In this document: one piece after another, positions 1 through 7,357 of the stretch | Numbering within the stretch: position 1 is the stretch's first letter | Layout: the number at the start of each line of letters is the position of its first letter | IMG/VR virus record: IMGVR_UViG_3300033143_002274 | Coordinates: 1-64,000 of that record | Origin: a virus | DNA: 64,000 nucleotides | Strand: one strand, 5' to 3' | Translations under genes and position numbers: made by a program | Notes under the pieces: model-generated | The model's database searches: none | Told to the model about the DNA's origin: nothing | Seen by the model: the letters and a program-made list of their open reading frames with translations, nothing else

Positions 1-16
1 CGTTTCTCTTTTAAAA

Positions 17-89
17 GGCGGGTGTAAGACAGGATTCGAACCTGCGTCTTCGATATCTCGATATTCTATCCACTGAACTACCAGCACCC
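17..89 (-). ncRNA. tRNA-like element lacking an anticodon loop (pseudo-tRNA/mimic)
   Basis: Canonical D arm (GTTC-AGTGGATA-GAAT) and T arm (GCAGG-TTCGAAT-CCTGT). Anticodon arm is TCGA-GATA-TCGA (4-nt loop). Acceptor stem mismatched; ends GCCT rather than NCCA. Confidence 0.7.
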
Positions 90-97
90 ATTGTGTT

Positions 98-172
98 TGG
101 AGCAGGTAGGGATGGTCGAAATCCCCCATCTGACTTGGAAGGCCAGAGTCTACTCCGATGTAGCTTACCTGC
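98..172 (-). tRNA. tRNA-Gly(TCC), atypical D arm
   Basis: GCAGGTA/TACCTGC acceptor, CTGGC-CTTCCAA-GTCAG anticodon arm, U73, encoded CCA. Confidence 0.85.
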
Positions 173-186
173 ATGTAGTTTATTTA

Positions 187-654
187 TTAAAGATCATTGA
201 ACCTTGTTGATTCTATATAGAACTTATCAATTGATTCATTCTCTTTCTTGTTCTTATTCCATTTCTTTAAAAATTTATAGGCACGTTTCATCCGTATGCG
301 TTCTTCCAATGTCATGTTGATGAATATTGAATGTTCTCTTGCTACATTGTCATCCCTATAACTTTTATCCATTAACTTATTGTGTATGAATGTTACACGT
401 ATATTACCACGCACCATATCAGAAAACATTGTTGTTTCGTTGTAATTAGCTACATCTAATTTCCATTCAATAGGATGTTCATAGGCACTTTCATAAATGA
501 AATTAAACATATCACGTCTGCGTTTGTCTGACGAAAACACCTTACACACACCAGCATCATACAACTGCTTTAATTTAACTACACCCATAATGAGTACCCA
601 CATTATCAATGAGAATATCATCAAAATCCAAAACGCTTTTTGCCCTTCAGTCAT
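187..654 (-). CDS. hypothetical protein with N-terminal TM segment
   Basis: 155-aa ORF coupled to the upstream gene. Confidence 0.7.
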   Translation of the reverse strand: MTEGQKAFWILMIFSLIMWVLIMGVVKLKQLYDAGVCKVFSSDKRRRDMFNFIYESAYEHPIEWKLDVANYNETTMFSDMVRGNIRVTFIHNKLMDKSYRDDNVAREHSIFINMTLEERIRMKRAYKFLKKWNKNKKENESIDKFYIESTRFNDL

Positions 655-1646
655 TACAGTCCCACAATACTATCAATATGTTTAAAGTACCATACTCGTG
701 CTTTTTTACCAAGATCCCGACTGATATCTTTTTTGGTTAAACCAGATGCTTCTAACACATCAGATTCTTCTTTCATCACATCAGCGAACACCCAAGACAA
801 AAAAGTACCTGTTTCTTCTTGGGTAATGTTCATGTCCATTTCAACAAGGTAATCAATACCCTGACATAAACGATTGTCAGTTACTACTCTGTCGATAAAC
901 TCTGCAACAGATTTGAGTTTGACCACATCAACTTCCACTAACTTTTTCACTTTGCTAACAGAATGTTTTTCACCTTTCACTTTAAACCAGAAGTCAGATG
1001 ATTCATATCCTTCAGTAGTACATTTCCACACAACACCTTCGCCAATACCATTTTTGTTGAAGTGTTTGCCTACTGGACATTCTGCTTCAACTTCATTAGT
1101 TATAGTAACCAAATCATTAGTATGTAATGCAGGATTACTGAAATCAATTTCCATTTCATACGTTTCAAATGAATTGATGTCATATATACCAAGATGCTTT
1201 AGGTAATTGAAATCAATTACTTCATCCAGTTTAGTATGGTCTTGTCGTACTACAATTTCACCTTCACCATAAGATATGGCGAACACCACAAACATCTTAG
1301 AGAGTTGTGAGAGTGCCACACCTTTTTGTATACCTTCACCACACCACTCACCGTATATTGTTATAGGTGACATAGTATCAACAGGCACACTGACACTAAT
1401 TTGGATTGATAATATATGGTCTTTGATAAATTCAACAAATCCATAATGACCTTTATCAACAATATTATTGCGTGATTGTACCTGATAAGAACCATCACCA
1501 TGTAATACAACAGCCGCATTAGTACCATGAAGTTTCACAGTACCTCTGAAAGCTAACGTGGGGGGCAACTCGTTATGGTACTTTGCTCTGTCATTAACAT
1601 GTTTGCATGTGCTTCTGAACTGTTCGATACTTGGAAACTTTATCAT
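654..1646 (-). CDS. RNA ligase, Rnl2 family
   Basis: Nucleotidyltransferase motifs KLHGTN (I), YGEWCG (III), FVVFAI (IIIa), EGVVW (IV), FKVK (V). Confidence 0.85.
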   Translation of the reverse strand: MIKFPSIEQFRSTCKHVNDRAKYHNELPPTLAFRGTVKLHGTNAAVVLHGDGSYQVQSRNNIVDKGHYGFVEFIKDHILSIQISVSVPVDTMSPITIYGEWCGEGIQKGVALSQLSKMFVVFAISYGEGEIVVRQDHTKLDEVIDFNYLKHLGIYDINSFETYEMEIDFSNPALHTNDLVTITNEVEAECPVGKHFNKNGIGEGVVWKCTTEGYESSDFWFKVKGEKHSVSKVKKLVEVDVVKLKSVAEFIDRVVTDNRLCQGIDYLVEMDMNITQEETGTFLSWVFADVMKEESDVLEASGLTKKDISRDLGKKARVWYFKHIDSIVGL

Positions 1647-1647
1647 T

Positions 1648-1929
1648 TTATAATTCCTTTCGTAACACGATCAACTTCATAGTCATATTATTCGCTGATG
1701 GTTTGCCGTTATGTTTATCAGGATGGCACAGGTGGATTAACGTATTCAGATCAGATCTGTCGAACTGGTTGGGGTGATCCAGTGTTGCATTATTTAAGAA
1801 ATCTTCACCACCCAAACGATTAATACGATCTATCAATCTGTTGTACCTTTTCACTGCCCTTTCAAACTCCATTTCAGCCAGAACGCGCTTCCTGACTTCC
1901 TGATCATATGATGACTGACTCACAAACAT
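1648..1929 (-). CDS. small protein with truncated J-domain-like C-terminus
   Basis: LCHPDKH motif. Confidence 0.6.
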   Translation of the reverse strand: MFVSQSSYDQEVRKRVLAEMEFERAVKRYNRLIDRINRLGGEDFLNNATLDHPNQFDRSDLNTLIHLCHPDKHNGKPSANNMTMKLIVLRKEL

Positions 1930-1930
1930 T

Positions 1931-2305
1931 TTATAACTCCTTCAGTAATTCTTTTGCAACAAATGCTTCAATGGTTTCAATACCATGTATTGATTCCATA
2001 ATTTCAAAAATATCATCAGGTGCAAACGTACACGCAAATTTGTATTGTTCACCGTTGTTAATACGTAATACACCATCCATTACCCCAGTGCTAGTAGCAT
2101 CACAAAACGTTCCTTCGAATGTATCTTCGAATGAATCTGTGGGTGCTTCGGTTTTCTTCCAATTGATACCATGAGTTAAAATGTCATGATATGCTTTCTG
2201 AGTTATATTCTTGTCGAAGTTATAACCACTATAAAAAGACCATTTACCCACACCACCTGTTTTAAGAAGGTAGATCCATGCAAAATGTTTAGCTTTAAGT
2301 TTCAT
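1931..2305 (-). CDS. hypothetical protein
   Basis: ORF in a tightly packed operon. Confidence 0.7.
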   Translation of the reverse strand: MKLKAKHFAWIYLLKTGGVGKWSFYSGYNFDKNITQKAYHDILTHGINWKKTEAPTDSFEDTFEGTFCDATSTGVMDGVLRINNGEQYKFACTFAPDDIFEIMESIHGIETIEAFVAKELLKEL

Positions 2306-2811
2306 AATTTTATTAAAACCCCAATAGATATAATTATTCTGGGAGATTCGCCCCCAACAACATCAGTGTAATGTTCATATAGATCTGGACGGAAGTACCA
2401 TGCATCCCCATTACCTACCATTATCGTTTCTTCCTCTATGATAGGGTTTCCACCATCATCAGGCTTATTCAACATAATATTGCATCTTATGTGACCATAC
2501 CCTTCCTGTAGGTTATATGTATCAACATGCTTGTGAACAAATCCACCAGCTTCTATAAAACTCAAATAAGTTTTTAACACTGGTTCTTCAATATAATCAA
2601 CACCTATCAACGTACATAATCTTGTTTGTAGTTCATTGATAAGTTCATTTTCTTTTAACTTTTCAACTCTTGAAAAGAATCTGTGCTCACCATTTGTGTT
2701 TGGGTTTAGAAGTGGACGCTGTAAATGCGCCCACTCTAAAAGATTATCCCTTTCAGTTTCACTTATAAAATTATGAACTATAGTATGATTAGGCATATCA
2801 GGTAACTTCAA
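2302..2811 (-). CDS. 2OG-Fe(II) oxygenase
   Basis: HVD...H...R pattern, GGNP, double-stranded beta-helix character. Confidence 0.8.
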   Translation of the reverse strand: MKLPDMPNHTIVHNFISETERDNLLEWAHLQRPLLNPNTNGEHRFFSRVEKLKENELINELQTRLCTLIGVDYIEEPVLKTYLSFIEAGGFVHKHVDTYNLQEGYGHIRCNIMLNKPDDGGNPIIEEETIMVGNGDAWYFRPDLYEHYTDVVGGESPRIIISIGVLIKL

Positions 2812-2814
2812 GTT

Positions 2815-3222
2815 TCACTTGATTTCTTTCACCTTAGTAATGATACCGTCAAAATGCTCAACCAACTTATCTTTGATGAATGGTTTGATATACTTAAGAC
2901 CTTTCTCAGTAATATCAAATGCAATCAGATCCATTGATTTGAGTTGTTCCCATTGGTCTTCATCTTCTTTAAGTACATTGGAGTTCATCAGATGTCCTTC
3001 ATCTGTTGCTTGTCTGATCTGACCAATCAAGATGTCTTTGTCAACACCTTCACGATTGTGCAGCATTATAGAACTAGATAAGTTTTCATCCCAGAAATCA
3101 TCATCGAGTTCACCACCTTCTGAAAACGTTTTGTAAATGTTCCATGCAGTATTACTCATGAAAAAATCTGCGATTGCATCAATCAATCGACCTTTGATAC
3201 CAATAATTTTATCTTCTGACAT
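2815..3222 (-). CDS. hypothetical protein
   Basis: ORF with AGGAG SD. Confidence 0.7.
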   Translation of the reverse strand: MSEDKIIGIKGRLIDAIADFFMSNTAWNIYKTFSEGGELDDDFWDENLSSSIMLHNREGVDKDILIGQIRQATDEGHLMNSNVLKEDEDQWEQLKSMDLIAFDITEKGLKYIKPFIKDKLVEHFDGIITKVKEIK

Positions 3223-3231
3223 GCTACTCTC

Positions 3232-3555
3232 CTAATTTCTGAAACGTTTATGATATTTACCAATGACCATATTACTGAAGAATCCACTATGGTCAACATT
3301 GATAACGGTTGTAACAACTTCTTTTTTACATATGAACAACATGTTTTCGAATACTTTAAAAACAGGTTTGGTGTCATACCCATATGTCTCGTAACAATGA
3401 GTCATGAATCTGGTGTTGTTATAAATTGAATTACAATCTTTCGATCTATAAAACACTCGTGAGAATGATGCTGCCACATCCCCATTTTCTACCCGACTCT
3501 TAAACCGTTCTTTGAACCTTACAAGAGCATGGTGTGTAAACCTGTGTTTTTGCAT
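3232..3555 (-). CDS. hypothetical protein (FTHHALVRFKER, possibly RelE/DUF4258-like fold)
   Basis: N-terminal HA..R..ER motif and C-terminal VVTTVI strand. Confidence 0.55.
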   Translation of the reverse strand: MQKHRFTHHALVRFKERFKSRVENGDVAASFSRVFYRSKDCNSIYNNTRFMTHCYETYGYDTKPVFKVFENMLFICKKEVVTTVINVDHSGFFSNMVIGKYHKRFRN

Positions 3556-3764
3556 TGCATTCTCCTTCTGGTTATTAAAACTGCTACCTGTAGTCTTGAA
3601 TCTACATTTAACTTTTTCAAAATACGATGTACATGTTTCTGTACTGTTCCAGTGGCGATACCTAATTGTTTTCCTATTGCTATATTTCCCTTACCTTCAC
3701 ATATGATATCACATATTTCATTTTCACGCTTGGTTAAATCTTTTACCAAAACTTCAAATTTCAT
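3519..3764 (-). CDS. LuxR-type HTH regulator
   Basis: LTKRENEI...GKGNIAIGKQLGIATGTVQKHVHRILKKL; start moved to MKFEV because the upstream part overlaps a tRNA. Confidence 0.85.
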   Translation of the reverse strand: MKFEVLVKDLTKRENEICDIICEGKGNIAIGKQLGIATGTVQKHVHRILKKLNVDSRLQVAVLITRRRMQCKNTGLHTMLL

Positions 3765-3778
3765 ACTTGTTCCTAAAA

Positions 3779-3855
3779 TGGTGGGTCTGGATGGACTTGA
3801 ACCATCGACCAATGAATTATGAGTTCACTGCTCTGACCATCTGAGCTACAGACCC
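3779..3855 (-). tRNA. tRNA with CAT anticodon, probably Ile2 (lysidine type)
   Basis: GGGTCTG acceptor (Ile-like), GTGAA-CTCATAA-TTCAT anticodon arm, ACCA end. Confidence 0.9.
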
Positions 3856-4367
3856 GTAAATGTTAGCTTCGTCTTCGTTTGATTCTGCGTTCACCTCTGA
3901 ATCGTCTTTCAGCTTTGTAATAATGTTTATCTGATGGATCATCATTCCTACGTTCTTCGCCGTCATACAGTTTGTACGAACAGATCCGTTTATCTTTTGT
4001 TGATTGTGCAACCTTCGGTAAATTTATTGGCAACCCTTCCATCGTATTGTCCTTAATGTAATTAAAAATTCAACATCGGAATCAAACCTTACTCTGTTTG
4101 ATGCTCTGAGATAACTGATGACATAATCATCAGGCTTATTCCATATCTTTTGAATACATTTTAAAAACGGTTTTCGTTCTAACATATTACCCTCCCAAGG
4201 TAAGTTTTGTCAATCATCACTCTCACAATACTCATTATAAACATGAGAATCAACCAAATCAGTAGCATCAGCTAAATCCCATGAAGGTCTTTCTTCCATC
4301 ACAGTTTTAGCTTGTTCCAAAACTTCTGGATAATTATCTTCCAACCATTTTTTAAGTTTTGAGAAAT

Positions 4368-4715
4368 TCATAATTTACTCCACGTAACTTCGATTGGTTC
4401 AATAAGATATCCGTTAGTATACATCCACCCACCTGAAAACACAGACGGTGAATCGTCACCAACGAATTCGATTTGGACTCTGGTTCTGTAGCGACCATGA
4501 TAAAGGTCATGACTCTTACGACCTGTTATTTTGATGTTGACTGCAATTTCATAATCCATTGCACAATTAGAAGGAAGACGATACTGACAACCAGCAAATG
4601 AGGAATCAGAGAATCCATCAGATTTTACTAATGTAGAAGCGTACTCCCATTCATCAGGTTTAACATTCAGTCCAATGAAGTCATTAGTTACAGTGTTAAG
4701 GCCAATACCATTCAT
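4368..4715 (-). CDS. hypothetical protein
   Basis: ORF with SD. Confidence 0.7.
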   Translation of the reverse strand: MNGIGLNTVTNDFIGLNVKPDEWEYASTLVKSDGFSDSSFAGCQYRLPSNCAMDYEIAVNIKITGRKSHDLYHGRYRTRVQIEFVGDDSPSVFSGGWMYTNGYLIEPIEVTWSKL

Positions 4716-4735
4716 AATCTTCCCCTAAGTTTCTA

Positions 4736-5029
4736 TTAACAAGTCCAACCGCGTGAATCCATTTCATCAAACTCAGGATCTTTTTTACGGGCTACATTGG
4801 TCACTGCGTCAACCATATCTACCGCTTCATGACCAATATTATATGCTTGATATAACTCCACACCCTTGTCTAATATTTTACGTGCTTCCTTCATATGAAA
4901 CATAGCACTTTTATAGTTGGCTGATTTGTTAGCTTCTTCTCTATCTGTTGTTTCTGTATTAGGCCAGTATTTCTTACCTGTGAATACTGCCCAGTTACCG
5001 TTTGGAAGTTGCTTTGCGTTATATTTCAT
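4736..5029 (-). CDS. hypothetical early protein
   Basis: ORF immediately after a sigma70-type promoter. Confidence 0.75.
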   Translation of the reverse strand: MKYNAKQLPNGNWAVFTGKKYWPNTETTDREEANKSANYKSAMFHMKEARKILDKGVELYQAYNIGHEAVDMVDAVTNVARKKDPEFDEMDSRGWTC

Positions 5030-5058
5030 TTTTTTGTTTCCCTGAGTTGATGTAGGGA

Positions 5059-5087
5059 ATTATAGATTGAAAATATGGGGAAGTCAA
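5059..5087 (-). promoter_or_regulatory. sigma70-type early promoter
   Basis: TTGACT-17-TATAAT with TTTTCAATC before the -10 box. Confidence 0.85.
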
Positions 5088-5109
5088 GGATTATTTTAGA
5101 TTGAAAAGA

Positions 5110-5975
5110 AAGAAGGTTGAGATTACGCCTTTTATAGTATACCTTTCATCGGATTACCATACATGGGCTACATATATGTTGCCGACTTATCCACAAACGA
5201 CCACATATAGTGCGCCGTTTGTAATATACCGTGATTGCCTTTTTGATGGTGGCGTTTCCATTTACACTCTAAACTACTCTAGCTTCGGACTACCGATTGG
5301 GTATGCCTACCTTCTCGTGCGCTTTCACTAAAATGCTAATCTCTTTGCGGGATCATAGCACCCTTCATTCTTACAAGTAAGTGAAGGTTTAAATCACTTT
5401 CGTTTAAAGCAGGACAACACTTTTGCTTTTGATCGGACTCGAACCGATGACACAAAGATTAAGAGTCTTTTGCTCTACCAACTGAGCTACTATTTTAAGT
5501 TCACGATTATGTGGTTGTCCAATAGCTTCATACTCTTTTGGAGCACAAAATACCAAACATAACCTGTCGTTCGTCTTAGTCAGACTAATAAACCGTACTT
5601 CAAGTGTTTTACCACTATGATACTATGCACCGCGCTTATCCACTATAGACTCGCACTTATGCACTACTGATTAACCGTATTGCTATGTAATATTAGTATG
5701 TAGTGAGTTGGGTACTACCCCAATCTCTGTATATTCGTGTTCCTTCACAACCGAAGTTAAATGAAGCACTTAAACATACAATTCGTTCCACTACTATTAC
5801 GTCAGCCTTTAGCTCCGTATCAATGAAGCACATCCTTTCAGATGCAGGTTTCAGCTTTTATGGATTGACTATCCGAAGATAGCGATAGCTTGTGAGACTA
5901 CCTTTACAGATGTTGCCACCTGCTGTCATTGCCATACCAAGAACCCGCATTATACAGATCGAAAACTGATTGTAA
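5110..5975 (-). ncRNA. large structured ncRNA, probably GOLLD-like
   Basis: ~860 nt with no credible ORF, many short helices/tetraloops, follows a tRNA array, contains a tRNA module, ends ...AAGGCGTAATCTCAACCTT. Family call is from recalled resemblance only. Confidence 0.6.
5431..5490 (-). ncRNA. tRNA-Lys(CTT) D/anticodon/T core without acceptor stem, embedded in the large ncRNA
   Basis: TAGCTCAGTTGGTAGAGC, AAAGA-CTCTTAA-TCTTT, ATCGG-TTCGAGT-CCGAT; flanks do not form an acceptor stem; no CCA. Confidence 0.8.
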
Positions 5976-6001
5976 AGTTTTATTTACAATTAATTTAAAA
6001 T

Positions 6002-6084
6002 TGGTACTCAGGGTGGGAGTCGAACCCACAAGGGTCTGGTTTCTAAAACCAGTAGCTGTGCCAATTTACATTAACCACCTGAGC
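6002..6084 (-). tRNA. tRNA-Leu(TAG), short variable loop and enlarged D region
   Basis: CTGGT-TTTAGAA-ACCAG anticodon arm, GTGGG-TTCGACT-CCCAC T arm, ACCA. Confidence 0.85.
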
Positions 6085-6090
6085 ATAATT

Positions 6091-6178
6091 TGGTGCGAAA
6101 GGGGAGGATCGAACTCCCATGATCATTACAATCGGCAGATTTTAAGTCTGCTGCATATACCAATTTCGCCACAATCGC
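6091..6178 (-). tRNA. tRNA-Leu(TAA)
   Basis: GCAGA-CTTAAAA-TCTGC, long variable arm, two U-U mismatches in acceptor. Confidence 0.9.
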
Positions 6179-6181
6179 ATT

Positions 6182-6274
6182 TGGTGGTTGTGGATGGAAT
6201 CGAACCATCACAGTGTCCAGCACCTGTACAGGATTACAATCTGTCTCCGCTTAACCAATATCGAACTCACAACC
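6182..6274 (-). tRNA. tRNA-Tyr(GTA)
   Basis: ACAGA-TTGTAAT-CCTGT, long variable arm, ACCA. Confidence 0.85.
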
Positions 6275-6279
6275 TTGTT

Positions 6280-6366
6280 TGGCAGAAAGCAGTGGTATCG
6301 AACCACAACCCTTTCGGATCTAACGACTTAGCAGGTCGCAGCAATCACCATCATGCTTTACTTTCT
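6280..6366 (-). tRNA. tRNA-Ser(GCT)
   Basis: GCGAC-CTGCTAA-GTCGT, long variable arm, GCCA. Confidence 0.9.
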
Positions 6367-6371
6367 ATAAT

Positions 6372-6494
6372 TTATTTTGGGATTCCTATCCCCCAGCTTC
6401 TACGACATGCTTTCATAGAATCACGTTTAACATCAGACACCCATTTGAGTGCTTTCTTTCTGGCAAATCTTTTATCACGTTTCATTTTTGTCAT
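6372..6494 (-). CDS. 40-aa basic peptide inside the tRNA array
   Basis: AGAGGA SD then MTKMKRDKRFARKKALKW...; fills the gap between two Ser tRNAs. Confidence 0.6.
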   Translation of the reverse strand: MTKMKRDKRFARKKALKWVSDVKRDSMKACRRSWGIGIPK

Positions 6495-6515
6495 AACACT
6501 TTCCTCTATTAAATT

Positions 6516-6599
6516 TGGCAGAAGATAGAGTAATCGAAACCCCAACGTTTCCGTTGCCACAGGGTTCAAACCTGCTTTGCCACCTTGACGGTATCTTCT
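6516..6599 (-). tRNA. tRNA-Ser(TGA)
   Basis: GCAGG-TTTGAAC-CCTGT, long variable arm, GCCA. Confidence 0.85.
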
Positions 6600-6603
6600 T
6601 TAA

Positions 6604-6690
6604 ACGCTAACTAAAAGTTAGCGGTACTTTTTCAGTACTACCACACCTTACAATTGGAGGTGGTGATCCAGTGACTGAGTGAGTCACACA
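6604..6690 (-). ncRNA. small multi-hairpin RNA between tRNAs
   Basis: Helices GTGACT/AGTCAC, CACCT/AGGTG, GTAC/GTAC, CGCTAAC/GTTAGCG. Confidence 0.4.
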
Positions 6691-6696
6691 CTAAAC

Positions 6697-6767
6697 TGGC
6701 ACAAAGTATAGGAGTCGAACCCATCTTTTGAGTCTTGGAGGCTCATAGTTCCCACGAACAACAATGC
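6697..6767 (-). tRNA. tRNA-Trp(CCA), atypical
   Basis: TGAGC-CTCCAAG-ACTCA anticodon arm, G73, CCA; short D arm and U-U acceptor mismatches. Confidence 0.75.
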
Positions 6768-6773
6768 ACTAAC

Positions 6774-6849
6774 TGGTCAGGGATACACGATTCGAACGTG
6801 TGAAACTCGCGTCCAAGGCGAGGACTTTACCAGACTAAGCTAATCCCTG
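6774..6849 (-). tRNA. tRNA-Pro(TGG)
   Basis: C1-G72, CTCGC-CTTGGAC-GCGAG, ACCA. Confidence 0.9.
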
Positions 6850-6857
6850 TTAAAACT

Positions 6858-6932
6858 TGGCAGGAGTGGAAGGTATTGATCCCTCTCATGTCGGTTTCAA
6901 AAACCGATGCGTTCCCATTTCGCCACACTCCT
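6858..6932 (-). tRNA. tRNA-Gln(TTG), atypical T loop
   Basis: TCGGT-TTTTGAA-ACCGA; T loop ATCAATA; GCCA. Confidence 0.85.
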
Positions 6933-6953
6933 ATATAACTTTTCTACTCCCAT

Positions 6954-6988
6954 AAAAAAAGGGTGAGTAAACTTTCGTCTACTCACCC
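6954..6988 (-). terminator. intrinsic terminator (attenuator) upstream of the tRNA array
   Basis: GGGTGAGTAGAC-GAAA-GTTTACTCACCC followed by T7. Confidence 0.9.
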
Positions 6989-7020
6989 TGATAAAATTCT
7001 TAATGTTAATTTACATTAGC

Positions 7021-7098
7021 TCACAGGCAAGTAGTCCTCTCCGATAATAACGGATAAGATTGCGACCAACTAAGCTGTAGTGATGTAAATGTTTTCAT
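7021..7098 (-). CDS. attenuator leader peptide MKTFTSLQLSWSQSYPLLSERTTCL
   Basis: Leaderless ORF directly after the promoter; core codons match the downstream tRNAs; 3' end is complementary to the terminator 5' arm. Confidence 0.75.
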   Translation of the reverse strand: MKTFTSLQLSWSQSYPLLSERTTCL

Positions 7099-7103
7099 GT
7101 AGG

Positions 7104-7134
7104 TATTTATACTCTTTCTTCTATTTAGTGTCAA
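7104..7134 (-). promoter_or_regulatory. composite sigma70 (TTGACA-17-TATAAA) and T4-type late (TATAAATA) promoter of the tRNA operon
   Basis: Read directly; the ATG is 7 nt after the -10 hexamer. Confidence 0.85.
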
Positions 7135-7141
7135 TCTTTTT

Positions 7142-7357
7142 CTAAAACCAATTTCCTTGTGAGTCCAGCATAACTTCTTTCCCGCATTTAGAGCAGGTAG
7201 CATGGATGCTGCACCCATCAAAACTCTTAGACCCACCATTACCGTTATGCCACCCAAACTGCTTACATGCGTAGGTAGTCCCCTTCCATCGGTCAATCAG
7301 TAATAAAACGAATGGGTACGCAAACATTATCACCAAAATAATTAAAACATACTCCAT
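7142..7357 (-). CDS. hypothetical membrane protein with Cys/His motif
   Basis: TM segment plus C..FGWH...CSKC. Confidence 0.7.
   Translation of the reverse strand: MEYVLIILVIMFAYPFVLLLIDRWKGTTYACKQFGWHNGNGGSKSFDGCSIHATCSKCGKEVMLDSQGNWF

Noticed and set aside
5929-6528. 199-aa plus-strand ORF (also 5101..5331 and 3817..4011)
   Set aside because: These overlap or are antisense to tRNA/ncRNA genes and have no protein-like features.
6858-6932. Possible UGA-suppressor tRNA or stop-codon reassignment (Trp-like acceptor)
   Set aside because: The loop reads TT-TTG-AA (Gln), and core genes translate intact with the standard code.
7099-7296. N-terminal 66 aa of the 91-aa ORF 7021..7296
   Set aside because: It overlaps 7142..7357 in another frame and spans the promoter; only the last 25 codons are credible.
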